Shown here: positions 1 to 14,800 of the stretch, in pieces
How positions within the stretch are numbered: position 1 is the first letter of the stretch
How the letters are laid out: every line of letters begins with the position of its first letter
From: Octopus bimaculoides
Lineage: Eukaryota
Assembly: GCF_001194135.2 (NCBI RefSeq)
Contig: NC_068981.1
Span: forward strand, 5,936,923 to 6,000,922
Reading direction: 5' to 3'
Length of the DNA stretch: 64,000 bases
Translations under genes and position numbers: made by a program
Notes under the pieces: model-generated
What the model saw: the letters and a program-made list of their open reading frames with translations, nothing else
What the model was told of the DNA's origin: nothing
Databases searched by the model: none

Positions 1-21
1 TATTACCCAATGATTGAAGTA

Positions 22-55
<34 letters not shown>

Positions 56-744
56 AAATCAAAATAAGCAACAGGATATCAAGAAGTGATGCTGTGCAGA
101 TAATACCGGACTGACTTGGTGCTTCAACTTAAGTACCTAATTCAACTGAATCTCAAGTAGTGTGGTATGGTAATGTATTGCTGTGAAATCTACAACAGTA
201 AAGTGTCTGACAACGAAACAGCTGTAAAGACAATTGCTGTAACAATACATTCGTAACCAAAGAGATATGGAAAAAAATAATCATCATCATCATTGTTTAA
301 TGTCCACTGTCCATGCTGGCATGGGTTGGATGGTTTGACTGAGAACTGTTAAACCAGGGAGCTGCACCAGGTTCCAATCTGATTTGGCAAGGTTTCTATG
401 GCTGGATACCCTTCCTAATGCCAACCACTCCGAGAGTGTAGTGGGTGTTCTTTTATGTGCCACTGGCACAGGTGCCATAGTAATGACACCGCCATCAGAG
501 TGAAAAACAAGAGAGATGATGACGATGCTATTGGTTTTAAATTTTGGCACAGGGCCAGCAATTTTGAGAGAAGGGATAATTTGATTACATTGACCCCAGT
601 GTTCAACTGGTACTTAATTTGTCAATCCCAAAAGAATGAAAAACAAAGTCAACCCTGGTGGCATTTGAACTCAGAAAAGAAAGTTGGAAGAAATGTTGGT
701 AAGTATTTTTTCCAGCATGGTAACAATTCTGCCAGCTCATACTT

Positions 745-1021
745 TGATGATAATGATGACGAAGACGATAATGATGACGGACAACGAAGACGATAATGAC
801 GATGGATGACGAAGACGATAATGACGATGGATGATGAAGACGATAATGACGATGGAGACAATGATGACGATAATAATGATGATGATGATGATGATAATGA
901 TGACGATGATAATGATGACAATCATGATGATGATGACAATCATGATGATGATGATGATAAAGATAATAATGATAATGATATTATAATGACGACGATGATA
1001 ATGACGACGATGATAATGATG
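745..1021. repeat. Compound (GAT/GAC/AAT)n microsatellite
   Basis: Directly visible; begins 8 nt into the intron after the last visible exon. Confidence 0.95.
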
Positions 1022-1028
1022 GTTTTAC

Positions 1029-1134
1029 CTGGTTCATAGTAGTCATAAACACGAATCCTGTGCTGTATGGTAGCATTAGCGACAGGGTACCAACGATTGG
1101 CTCGGAAGTCTACACAAGAGGAGCTCTGATCAAG
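1029..1134 (-). CDS. Mcr: Last visible coding exon: LDQSSSCVDFRANRWYPVANATIQHRIRVYDYYEP(G)
   Basis: ttgcag/GTAAAA, 106 nt; V.DYYEP motif; no stop codon, so the gene continues below coordinate 1. Confidence 0.96.
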
Positions 1135-4100
1135 CTGCAAACAGGAAAGAAAAGATTTGTTAAATGAATTGTCTCAGCCTTCTTTGTTGTCTCATTTACA
1201 TCATGTTTTAATCTCGCTGCTTTCCAATAGCCGAGGAGTGTAAAATACAGGGTGAGGGTTCAAATCCATTTAAAGTTTAGTATTATTGGAGTTATGGAGA
1301 AAAGACCCCCCCCCCCAAAAAAAAAACCACACTCTTCATTATAAAGCAGAGTGTCTGGGTTCAAACCCAAACTTCGTATCTTATTTGTTTCAGTCATTAG
1401 ACTGTGGCCATGCTGGGGCACCATTTTCAAAGAATTTTTAAGCCAAACAAATTGACACCAATGTTTATTTTTTCTAAGCCTGTTACTTATTCTATTAGTT
1501 GCTTTTGCCAAACTGCTAAGTTATGGGGACACACCAGCACTGGTTGTCAAGCACTGGTAGGGGATAAACACAAATACTAAGATACACACATAACAGGCTT
1601 CTTTCAGTTTCTGTCTACCAAGTCCACTCACAAGGCTTTGGTTAGCTTCAGTCTATACTAGAACACACTTGCCCAAGGTGTCATGGGGTGAGACTGAACC
1701 TGGAACTAAATGGTTGGGAAACAAACTTCTTACCACACAGTCATGCCTGAGCCTATATAACTATCTTTTTTTTTCCTTCTTTTAATCTGGAGTTCCCTCA
1801 GCCATGAATATATTCATTAAGGACAAAATCTCATGGCTTCATGGGACCAAACCATTTTATTGTCCCTGTTTTAGATAATAGAATAGTTTTTGTGGTTCAG
1901 CAGTTTCCCCAACTATTTCCTTACCATTATTGCTAGTTCCATACTGTGCATGAAACCTGAAGCATCTTTCTGATAACAGAGAGAACAGAAATAAAGCATT
2001 TAAAAAACTCCTATCTTACCGATTCGAAGTAGTATACAATTTTACGATTGTAACTTTCTGCTCGTATAAGGTTTGGTACAATACCACTTTGTACGTATTG
2101 TCTAAGGGTTGAGTTTAATATCACATATCCAGTAGGAATGTCAACTTCCAAAACGGACATCCCTGAAACCAGTGACCAGGTTGTAAATTTCCAACTGCAA
2201 AAGAATTTTTCTTTTAATTAAACCATGAATGATTGTGTGTTTGTGCATATTTTTTGTTGAATTCTTTGAAAATTTTCAGTAAAGAAGAGTCTACTTCATT
2301 TTTTGTATTTGGTTTGTAAGATTTTTGATGTGAATTTGTGTGTTTAAACAACTTTTGTTGTATCTAGGGAGGGTCATAACACCAATAAACACAATCACTG
2401 ATTCAAAATCACTTCCTTATTGTTAGTCGGTTGGATGGTTGACTAATAATAAAGTGATACTGAGCCAGTGCATGTGTTATCATCATTGGTGTAATGACCC
2501 TCCCAAGACACAAGAAGCTACTTTCTAACTCAGAAACCAAATGTCATAACTGGAAGTCAGATAACAACAGCTAAGTAATATATGCTGCATTTTAGAAAAG
2601 TCTTGCATATTTTCATTGTTCCACTTAGGAATGGATTCATAAAATGTATGTCTTCATATATCTAGAGCAAGACACTAATACCTGTCCCCATTATACCTTA
2701 AATCTCTCATCTGGCACAAAGTCACAGCTCCTCAATATTACTCCCCTCATTCCCAGTTGGGGTATTTTTGTCTTGCAAGGCACTTGGTGATATTGTTGGT
2801 GCCACAAATAAAGCACTGAAGTGGTTGGCAATAGGAGGAGCATCCAGCCATAGAAACCAAGTCAAAACAGATAACTGGAGCCTGGTGCAGCCCTCCAGCT
2901 CCTGTCAAACCATTAAATCTATGCCAACATGGAAAACAAATGTTAAATGATGATGATGATGGGCATTTCTTTGCCTGGAAGATAGCAACATTCCCAGACA
3001 TTAGTTGTATAATGAAGTGTACCAAAGATTCATCGTTCATTTAACTTCCCTACTTCATGCAGGATCCACATCCTACATGGCGCCAGCACTAGTGAGGTTA
3101 CCTTGTATACCCACAAAACTAAAGAACCCCTAAACCCTTTCGCAGATTACCCTGTCAAATGTAAGGCTTTTTTTATGATTCCCATCCTTTTCAATTAATA
3201 ATGCAATATGTCAAAGCTTTGAAATTTCAAGATGATTGTCTATTTTTAGACTGACAATGTAGGGCAGGTGTGAAAAGCTGGACCTGGCCAGTGGACACAA
3301 AAAAACGGAATATTTGTGCTGGATATGGCTGGTTTGAATGCTGAAGGGTTAAATTGAGAAGGAGAATAAGAGAGGGTGGTACCTTTATGTTGGATATCAA
3401 GACAAAGTATAATAGAAGGAATTGGAACGGGTTTGGTGTTGTGGAGAAAATTCATGGCTACTCCACACTTCATCACATTGTTGGGTGACAGTGCCTGAGA
3501 GAGATGGCAGAAAGGCAAGCAAGATGCATGGTGGCCACTTAGACTCAAAGTAACATACACAAACTAGAAAGAGATAAAACACAGTAGTGGCAAGGTGTCC
3601 ATTGAGCTTACAACTGTCCCAGTTAGTCCAAGTCATTTTTAGGACTTCAGGCTCATACATAATGCCACTAAAAATCTCATGGCAGAGATAAGCAAAATGG
3701 TTAACAACTTCAACATTGTTACCCACAACAGAGACTGATGAAGCGGAATCCTTCAAGAAGCCAACAAAAGACTGGATCTTTTTGTCTTGATCCAGGAGAC
3801 TCTAAAGCCTAAAGGTTCTGTTTCCTCAGTGAAAGGAAAAGGCCTCTTAAAACATCCAGAGACTCAGCAAAAATTGGATATACCATCAGTAAAATCTCGG
3901 TCTGTAATCCTAGTTTTAGAAACTGAGATGTGTCCTGTTACTTGTAGAATTTGGGGGTTCCAGTTCAGATTGTTTGGCCTTGTGGCTTGATGTTCCAACT
4001 TAAACTCTGCTTACCGTGTTCTCTCTTCACTGAGGATCCAGCTGGGTTGAAAGCTCATATGAATTGACCTTATGCTAGCTACATGGCGACAATAGATGCG

Positions 4101-7100
4101 GAGGTATCTCATGGTGATGGAGATTGACAGGGACTCTGCTTGACGGGTTGCCTGGAAGGACCCAGGAGGAATATACTGACAAGTGGAGAATGCAGCAATG
4201 GCACACACACCATCCTCACATGGCTTGATGAAGTGAGTGGAGAACATGATTAGAGATAGAGAATGGATGAAAGGATTAATATAACAAAGAGTAAGAAATG
4301 GTAAACTGGGAAGTTAGGGAACCATTGAAAAATAAATGGTAAACATAACTGACCTTACGCAGATCCTCATGTCCATAATGGAATCATTTCGACCAGTGAA
4401 CTTTAGCTGGGCAATCTTTATTTCAAATATGTCGCTCTCTGAGCTCTGCTTTAGCTGATGTTTGTATTCTACGTTAACCGTACTGGTCAGCTATTTAAAG
4501 AGATCATCATTAGAATTTGTGTAAAATACCAGTTTTTTTTGTTTATGTCTGCCAATGGATGGGTTCAGTCGGCAATGACTGAAAAAAACACACACACACA
4601 CAATGGGCTTCTTCCAGTTTCTGACTACCAAATCCACTCACAAGGATATAGTAGAAGACACTTGCTCAAACTGCCATGTAGTAGGACTGAACTCAGAACT
4701 GTGTGTATAAGAAGCTAACTTGTTCCCACACAACCATGCCTGCAACTATACCATTCCCGTTTCAAGATCACACTACAAAAGTCCAGAGTCCAACTTCTAC
4801 CCCAAGATCAATTCAAGTCCCATTGTGTCTTCCATTAAAGTTCCTAGTTGCTATTTACTCCCTCAAATTGGGGTTTATGTCTAACATCATTTCACACCAT
4901 CCACATTGGCAAAAAAGAAAGAAAGAAAGAAAGTAATATTTCATTTGAATATTTTTCTCATTTTCACAGAACTGATATTTAAAAAGAGAAAAAAGAGAGG
5001 GAGAAACAGAGATAGATAGATCAAACAATTGAGATAGATAGATAGAGAAAGATAGAAAGAGATAGAAAGAGAGAAAGATAGATATATATATAAAAATTGA
5101 TCAAAGGACATACTAAGTATGTCTACCTGCTGGAAATAACAGTCAAAACTCTTATTTTAATCACTAAAATACACTGATAACTATAGAAATCAACCATTGA
5201 TAACTTGAGTTATTATCATTGTATTTTGGCGATTAAAATAAGAGTTTTGACTGTTATTTCCAGCAGGTAGACATACTTAGTTTAGTATGTCCTTTGATCA
5301 ATTTTAATCCTTCATCTATTTAATGCTTTTTGGGGGCCTGCAATTAATCTATATTGTTGATTCTGTTATCACTTTTAAATTGTTACACTAGATAATAATA
5401 GAGTCAATGATATCTTCGCAAATATTTTCTCGTTAATTATTTGCTCCATATATATCCATCGTCCATCATCGTCGTCGTTTAACATCCGCTTTCCATCCTG
5501 GCATGGGTTGGACGGTTTGACTAGGGGCTGGCAAACCAGAAGGCTGTACCTGGTTCCAATCCGATCTGACAAAGTTTCAGCTGGATGTCTTTCCTAACAC
5601 CAACCACTATATATATATATACACCATATTTTATGGCCTATAAGACGCATCTTTTTTACCCCAAAATGGCTTTAAAAATCGCCCTGTGTCCAATGCACTC
5701 AATGTAGGCTCAAAACTCGCTCAGAATGGTATATATGTTTACAAAACGTGTCTGGCCATCAATTGGTGAACAATTGCCTATAGGCCATCAAATACAGTGT
5801 GTGTGTGTGTGTATATACACACATATACATAGAGAGAGAGAGAGATAGACAGAGAAGAGAAAAAGGAAGAGAGGCTGAAAAAGAGAAAAGATTGATATGG
5901 AGGAGGGGGAGAGAAGGTGAGGAAATGGTTTTACCTGAAACATTGCTCGTCCTGTTCCCAGAATTTGAGCTCTGACATAACTGTAAACATGAGGTCCAAC
6001 CTGAATGAGAGAGAGAGAAATAATAAGTCTTTCTTAGATGCAGAGACACACACCAACATGCTACATCTATTACACACACACACTAGTGTAACACACTAGC
6101 ACATACTGCATCTTACACACACACACACAAAGCTAACACTCTTGGTTACAATGATGAGGGTTTCAGCCCGTTTGTGAAATTAATGTGCATGTGGCCGAGT
6201 ACTTCACAGACACGCATACCCTTAATGTAGTTCTCAGGGAGAGTCATCCTGACAATTAAGGTCATATGAAGATTAAAAGTATTTAAAAAAAAACAAAAAA
6301 CAAAACAAAAACAACAACAAAAAACCCAGCACCTTAACAATACTCATGTGTGTATAGTTGTTTTGGGTCATATAAACCAGCTTCTTCGAGTTATTATTGG
6401 CCACCGACCAGACATCGAGTTCCATGTTGAAGACATTTCGATTGGGATCCACTTGGGTGTATTGATAGAGAGCTTCCAAGGCAGTGATGGTGTCCTGCAA
6501 AGAGAGAGAGGAACCAAAGAGGCACAGGGATTAATCAGGCTAAGGCTATTACAGGTATCTACCTTTGGACGAATTTCATGTTTTATTAGTTAATTAGAGA
6601 GACAGACAAGGTTAATGAGAGAGAGAGATGCGGTTAATTAGAGTCGAGGTTAACTAAGGAGACGAGGTTAATGAGAGAGTCGAGGTTAATTCGGGAGATG
6701 AGGTTAATTAGGGAGTCGAGGTTAATTAAGGACTCAAGGTTAATTAGAGAGTCAGGATTAATTGGAGAGACAGGATTAATTAGAGAGACAGGATTAATTA
6801 GAGAAAATAAAGTCAATAATATAGAATGAAATGAAAGAAAATAAAGTTAATAATATAGAATATACTAAAGGTAGAAGAGTAGAAGGGCGAGGTTTAATTT
6901 TCAGTAATAGGTTAGGGCAGGGGTTCCCAAACTCTTTCAGGCTGCTGCCCCCTTGGCACCCAGGCTATATTCCTAGTGCCACCCTCACCCTTCCCACCAC
7001 AAATATGGACACTTTCTGCAGCAAATTCAAAACAATTTTATTTCACAAATAAAACTTAAACCTAATTAAAGTATTAATATATACATATATATTTTTTACA

Positions 7101-10100
7101 CATCTCTCAACCCATTTTGGATACCCATTATCATTCCACTTTTCATCAACGTCCCCCACCCACCCCGAATATTTCTACCACCTGCAAGGGAGCAGTATGG
7201 CCCACTTTGGGAACCAGTGGGTTAGGGGGATATATAAGGTTTTAAAGATAGGTAGATGGATAGACAGACAGATAGACCTGTGTGTGTGTGTAGATTAACA
7301 AAAAGATAGGTGAAGTGAGAGTAGGTGGAAAGAAAGATAGTTTGGTAGGTAGAGAGAAGGAGAGATGGTTTATTCTACAGGTGTGATCTGGAGAGAACCT
7401 TGTTGCTAAGTGTTGTAGCTTATTTAGTCACCACTTTCGAACCGAGGGTCATTCATCAGATTTTTTTTATTCCTATTTTCCACCCTTCACATCTTCCTCT
7501 CTACCAATCCTATGAATAGCGTTTACTGTTCTCTGACTAAATTCCAACCATTTTGCTCATGATACAGCAACATACAGAAAGAAACAGCCTTACCTGGGTC
7601 GAGGACATCCCGCCAACAGTGTTTCTCATTGAGTTCAGCCATTTCATTAAGGAATCACGGTTTTCTTTATTTCGGTTAAGTTTAATATGTGCCAACAGAG
7701 CATAAGCCGTTGTCTGGACACTGAATGCATCATTGATTTGCTCAACACGAGGTTCCAAGTAACGAATGCTGTCAATTGTCTTCGATGGATTTGCTGGGAT
7801 TGGACGATCAGGTTCAGAGAAATATTTTTCCTCATCTTAAAAAAAATAAAATAAAATAAAAAGAAATAAAATAAATACAGCAAAGCTGAGACAGTCTTTT
7901 TGGTTTATTTAAATTAGTATGTCATTCATCATCATCATCGTTGTTTAACGTCTGCTTTCCATGCTGGCATGGGTTTGAAAGTTTGAGTGAGGGCTGATAA
8001 GCCAGAAGGCTGCACCAGGCTCCAATCTGACCTGGCAAAGTTTCTACAGCTGGATGCCCTTCTTAACACCAACCACTCTGAGAGTGTAGTGGGTGCTTTT
8101 TACATGCCGCCGGCACAAGGGCCAGTCAGGAAGTACTGGCATCGACCATGCTTGAATGGTGCTTTTTACGTGCCACTGGCATGGGAGCCAGTCAAGTGGC
8201 ACAGGAAATGATCATGCTTGAATGGTGTTTTTATCCTTTCACCGCCCTACCTTTTGCAGCAACCACAAAATGAGGGCGCAAGGGACTCTGTCAAAGGCTT
8301 TCTCCATGCCAACAAGTACAAAGTACAGCAGCTTATTTTGGGTTAAATGCATCTCCTGAAGTTGTCTTACTCGAAAGCTAGAATCAGTAGGGATTCTGCC
8401 TGGTTTTTAGGTAGACAGGTGTGCACAGATTCTGATAAGATATTATTTGGAGTTTAGAAATTTAAAGAATTGTGTGTGTCTTGGGAATGTTTGAAAATGA
8501 AGAACACTACCTGGATGATAGCAACCCCACTTTACAACTAACACGTCAAGAGAAGGGGACACACACACAAATAGGCTTCTTTCAATTTCCATCTACCAGT
8601 TCCACTGACAATGTTTTGGTTGGCTTGGTGGGGCTACAGTAGAAGACACTTGCCCAAGGTATAGTGTGGCAAGATTGAACCTGAAAACTATGTGGCTGAG
8701 AAGCTAATTTCTTAACCTCAACAGTCATGCCTGCACTTATCACCATCAGAAAAGAAAAGAAATGCAGACAACAAGATTACATTTAGTGGAACTTTCCAGA
8801 ATGAAATAGTTTACAAATGTTGAATAAAACCCTTTGAAATGTACCGCCTTTATGCAGTTTCCAGAGTCTGTCATAAATCGCTGCACTTTTCTGATTAGAT
8901 AAGGACAAAGCGTAAGTGGTAATGGCTAATGTGAAAATGTCTTCGTCTTTTATTGTGTGAGAGTGCTGTGAGAGGTATTGAGCAGCTGTATTACGAGCAG
9001 TCACAGCACAGGGACCGGCATCCTGTTAATAAAAGAGAAAGAAGGAAACAGTAAGTGTTGGGTAGGAGTGGAAATAACAAAAAAAAAAACATTGGAAGAC
9101 GAAACTAAAAACAAAACTCACAATTTACAAAGAAATACAATGTCAACAGTTGAGAGAATCTGTCTATCTACCTACCTACTTATTAGGTAGGTAGATAAAT
9201 AAACAGATAGATGAAGAGGCAGGCAGACAAATATATAGGTAGAGAGATATATAGATACATAAGTATACCTCTGTCTGTCTCAGGCATAGAGATGTATAAG
9301 GCAAACAGATGTATAATGCAGATGTATAAGGCAGGAATGTATAAGGCAGGAATGTATAGGTTAGAGGCATAGAGATGTATAAGGCAGGGAGATGTATAAG
9401 ACAGGGAGATGTATAAGGCAGACAGGCAGAGAGATGTGTAACAGGCATATGGGTAAGCAGGCAGAGATGTATAGGAAAACAGGTATATAGGCAGAGAGAT
9501 GCATAGGCAGACAGGCAGAAAGACGTATAGGCAGGCTGGCAGAGATGTATAGACAAATGTATAGGCAGGCAGGCAAAGAGATGTATAGGCAGACGGGCAA
9601 AGAGATGTATAGGCAGACATTATTTTTAAGGTTATTTCTACAGAGTTTCTATAGAACTTATAGCCAGCACTGATTTTTCCTACATTTTCTTTTGAGATGT
9701 CAGATATACACAAATCATTAAGACATATATAGGTAGATAGACAGATGTTTGGACGCAGAGACAGACATATATATGTAGATAGACAAACGGAGAGGCAAGC
9801 AGACAGATGTATATGTAGGTAAGTAGATAGATAGATAGATAGATATATACGTAGGTAGGTAACATCTACTCACATTTGTGCCTTTGCTGACACTGTGTAG
9901 AGCGATATAGACATAGGCTGTGAGAGCCATAGGATCCATTTGGAGTATGCTATTTTGCCATGATGTTCTTGAAGACTAGAAGAAATGAGAATATAAGTTG
10001 ATTTAAGACATTTTTCAAAAGACACAAGTTCTTTCCATGATTTTAGTCCCCCAACTCTCTCTCTCAACATGTGACAAGATGTATTACAGAACCCGGTTTT

Positions 10101-11802
10101 TAAGTTAAATCAATGGTCCTCAACTATTTTTTATCCATGGATCTTTTTGGTTACTATTTTATTCTGGTGGAACCACCCCATAGACATTCAATGTTTATAA
10201 TAAACTAGTTCCACATATACCAATATATACATCTAAAGCAGGGATTCTCAACCATTTTTTTTATCTATGGACCCCTGTGATTATTATTATATTTTGGTGG
10301 ACCCCAATAACCATTCAATGTTTATAAACTAGTTTTATAGAAACTTCTTTTGAAATTCCTATTTCGTTTCTCACACATTCCCTTGAGTAGGTTGAACTAT
10401 GTAGAATGTTAGAGAACGGAACCCAGCTGTTTCTTGCAATTCATATAAAGCAACATTTTTTCAGGAGCCCTTAAAATTCTACTGTGGATCCACAATTTAC
10501 CATTTTGTTGTGTGAACTCTTAAAAATCTTATATGGACCCTCAGGGGCCATATAGGTCCTGGTTGAGGGGTACCAAGGATGGTTTAGTATTTAATTCCTG
10601 CAACAGCACTGAAATAAATACTTTTAATACCTTTTAAGTCAGGTTAATCGTTTTGCTAGCTCCCCCGCCCTGACTTATCCCAGCCCACCTGCCCCAACTG
10701 GCTCCTATGCTGGTGGCACGTAAAAAGCCGAATGTGGCCAATGCCAGTGGCACGTAAAAAGCACACACTACACACTTGGTTGGCATTAGGAAGGGCATCC
10801 AGCTGTAGAAACACTGCCGGATCAGATTGGAGCCGNNNNNNNNNNNNNNNNNNNNNNNNNNNNNNNNNNNNNNNNNNNNNNNNNNNNNNNNNNNNNNNNG
10901 GGGGGGGGGGGCTTCTGGCTTGCCAGTCCCCAGTCAAACTATCCAACCCAAGGAAAATGGACATTAAACGATGATGATTTTTCATAGCAAAGAATTGAAG
11001 ACCAAGTAGGGTGTGATAATGAGAAAGGGAGATGAAAGAAAGCACTGGTCAAATATTCAACTGAGACTTAATAATAACCATTTCTATTATAGACACAAAG
11101 CTCGTCACAGAGACATGCTGTCCACTCATACAGCCTTTCCTATAGATACTAGTGTCGTCCACTCCTGTAACCAAAGTGGACTTGTGCCATCACCATTGAG
11201 GCACTCTTGATCCAGTCATCCCCACCTCCTCTGCTTTTCCCCCATATTTTACCCAGCATATCCTTCCAAGGCCTTGCATCAACTCAGTTTTACCCACCCA
11301 GTTCTTTTCCCCCAGAATGTCCACCTTCTGGAATCCCTGCTTCTTGCATGTCCCAAGTGAGGAGACTTATTTATAGAATTAAAAATATAAACTTCCAAAG
11401 TTTTCTTACCATTTTACGATCGTAGACATAGTATTCGGTATCAAAAACGCCAGTGTCATTCTGCTGAGCGCAAAGCCATGAAACCATAGTCTTAATAAGC
11501 TCCAATGGAACAAAGAAATCATTCTCCCATTCTCCTTCACGAGCAGCATAAAGTGTTTTCACAATAAATGCAGTTAGCCTGAAATAACGAAGGACTTTTA
11601 ATTTAGTGGTGACATGAGTTATGTTGAAAGAAATAAAATGATAGGCACAGGAGTGGCTGCGTGGTAAGTAATTTGCTTTCCAACCAAATGGTTCTGGGTT
11701 CAGTCCCACTGTATGGCACCTTGGGCAAGTGTCTTCTGTAGCCTCAGGTCGACCAAAGCCTTGTGAGTGGATTTGGTAGACAGAAACTGAAAGAAGTCCA
11801 TC

Positions 11803-11868
<66 letters not shown>

Positions 11869-14800
11869 TTGTGTGTCTGTTTGTTCCCCCACCATTACTT
11901 GACAACTGATGTTGCTGTGTTTACATCCCCATAACTTACCAGTTTGGCAAAAGAGACCGATAGAATAAGTACTAGGCTTACAAAGAGTAAGTTCTGGGGT
12001 TGATTTGTTCGACTAAAGGTGGTGCTCCAGCATGGCCACAGTCAAATGATTGAAACAAATAAAAGCTACATTAAAGCCATCTTGGTCACTGCTTTAACCC
12101 TTTCACATTCGGGTCATTCCAATACAATCCTTATTTATGGCTTTAAATCAATCGCGCATAATCTCATAGCTTCAAGATTTCAATGATGTGATTATTTTCA
12201 GAACGACATTGTAGGATAGGTATAAAAGGCTGGATCTGGTCAGTTTGAACATAAGGCAGATGGAATATTTTGGCTGATTTAACCCTTTCATTACTGTATT
12301 TCTGTTGAGATGCTCTGTATTTCTTTCAATTAATTTTAAATATAACAAAGAATTTAGTAAAATAACTTAGTTATCATTAAGCTAGTGTTAGGAACATAAA
12401 TTGTGACTAAGGTTTGGTGGAAGATTTTAATTCAAAACTTATGAAAACAAGATGTATTCAGAACCATAGGCAGTGTCAGCCAGGTTGGTAACAAAAGGGT
12501 TAAATAGCAAGGGGTTAAGAAATATTCTGTTGTCAATGTGGCCATCACCATAATGAAGAATCTTCTAAGCAAGGACTTGTTCTATTTCCACTTTCACACA
12601 ACCAATGTGAAGCTATATTTATTGCTAATTTCCTATAAAATCAAATCACCAAGAGACCATTTTATAACTTAGATTGGTTCTGGCTAGTATAGGCGTAGGC
12701 CATGTCTAAATAGCACCACCTGGTATCATCACTTTATTGCTAGAAATAGAAGCAATAGAATTAAGTCAATGGAACAAAATACATAAAACAACAGAGTTAG
12801 GACTCATGTACAATGAAAGTTGTACACAGTCACTGAAGATGAAAGAAGTAGAAAGAGTTCCATCTACTGCATAGAATCAAGGGGCGTTATTCAGAACTAC
12901 AATTCAAGATTGGAACCTTTTGTCAAATACAAGACAAGAATGTTAAGTAAAAACAGAAAAGAGAGACAGAAGTTCATGTGGAATACTGGGTGGATCTAAT
13001 CTGAAGTTAAATTTGCTGTCTTTTATAATTGTAAGCTGGATATTCAAGAACCTTCGACCAAGCTATTTGGTAGTAAAACTGATACTCTTCCTTTGAAGTT
13101 CAATGCATCAGCCACAAGTCAGCCAGTGCTAATTGGTCAAGCCATATTCATGGAGGTGTTAATGACATTTTCAGTGACATATTGTCTGAGAAAATCTGAG
13201 AACCATGGCTCAAAACTCACCAGGAACCTTGGCACAACTTCATAAAAATTACAAAATGGAACAAGGGAAAATTAGGTTAAATTCACCTGTTAAATAAGCA
13301 ACTGGAATTGTATATTCAGCGAGTGAATTAGTTTTCAAGAAGATGACTACTGCTACATCACAACTGCCACTGTTGTCTATCCGTTTTCCATGCTGGTGTC
13401 AGATCATCACAGTCAGAATCAGCTCTAAAAGAGTTACTGTTCTTCGAGATGAACTGGATGACAACAATTCTCACTCTGAAGGTGCTCATGTCATTTGACT
13501 GTCTCTACAACTGGATGCTCTTCTTAAGACCAATCACTTTACAGAAGGAACTCTGTGCTTTTTGTTGTGACACCAACATGAGAAATGGTTGTCTTGTCCT
13601 TAACAAACCATAGTTTTGTCCACACACCACCACCCCAATTGTCTGTCCACTCACCAATCCCTTTACAAATGTGTAGTGACTATACACCAGAAGTTCAACG
13701 GCAGAAATACAAATCTCATTTGAAGAATATAGTCAATTAACATTCTACTTCCTATTGGACATAAATATTTGCTCTGAAACAGCTGTTAAGGAACAAACTT
13801 ACCAAACACTTTTCTTTTGACGATCACGAGACATACTGAAAGAGCCATCTTCATTCATGTAACTCAGGATTCTTTGCAAGGCTGTAGGGAAACCAAATGT
13901 AGAATTATGGAATCGGTAATAAAGATTTTATTTTGATTAGACTTGAGTCATGGATCTGTGGTTAAGAAATGTGGTTTGCAATGAAATGGTTCCAAGTTTA
14001 ATCTCACATAGTCTCAGACTGAGCAATACTTAGAGGGTGCAATTTGGAAGACCAAAACTGCACTCATTGTGTGTGTGTGGTCGTCATTGTATTAACGTCC
14101 TCTTTTCCATGCCTGTATGGGTCCCATGGAATTTGTTGAGGCAGATTTTCTGCACCCAGGTCCCCTTCCAATTACCAATCCTTTGTTTGTTTTTAAAGCA
14201 GGGCAATATTTCCTCATGACCAGTCACATATTTCATGGAAGACTGGAATCAAATGATATCACTTGTATAATGGTGACATTTGTTTACAACTATTACAATC
14301 ACATGATGTCAAAACAAGGAGACATAAACTCTCTCTCTCTCTCTCTCTCTCTCACACGTCATTTTGTCTTCATAAAATTACAGCAACTGAATAGTGGTAT
14401 GGTTAGAGAAATGATAGAAGATAGAACAGCTTGACAGGGGTAGATTGAGAGCAGGAGTATATTGACACAAACCTAATGCTTTTGGGTCCTGAGGATTGTT
14501 ATGACACTTAGGTCTTCTCAAGCAAAACTGAGGGTCTAAAAGCATTGAGTAGGCAAGTTTGTGGGAGTGTGAAAGAAGAGAGACAGACAGAGAGATGGGA
14601 GACGGGTTGAATGCAGTGAATAGTGGACAGGGTTAGAGATATGGTCAGAGGTCATTTCCTTTACACCCCTTCAGTTTGGAAGAAAGGAAAGTAGGAATGG
14701 GTTAGAGAGGAAGCGGTACTACAATTTTGGTACCTTTTGATTGGGTGTTGGGGGCTGCATGGAAGACAGCAAGGAAAGACAGAACATGCTACAAATACGT

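Noticed and set aside
120-280. Terminal Mcr exon
   Set aside because: No phase-1 open frame with the expected Cys-rich or hydrophobic C-terminus; the end lies outside the window.
455-1039. Poly-Asp, poly-Ser and poly-Ile ORFs
   Set aside because: Translations of an intronic (GAT)n microsatellite.
4011-4247. 78-aa minus ORF with a GTAAGC donor as an extra Mcr exon
   Set aside because: Exons 4354-4490 and 2020-2194 join in phase without it, there is no TEP similarity, and it lies in a LINE remnant.
9176-9865. Long ORFs of up to 176 aa
   Set aside because: Minisatellite translations.
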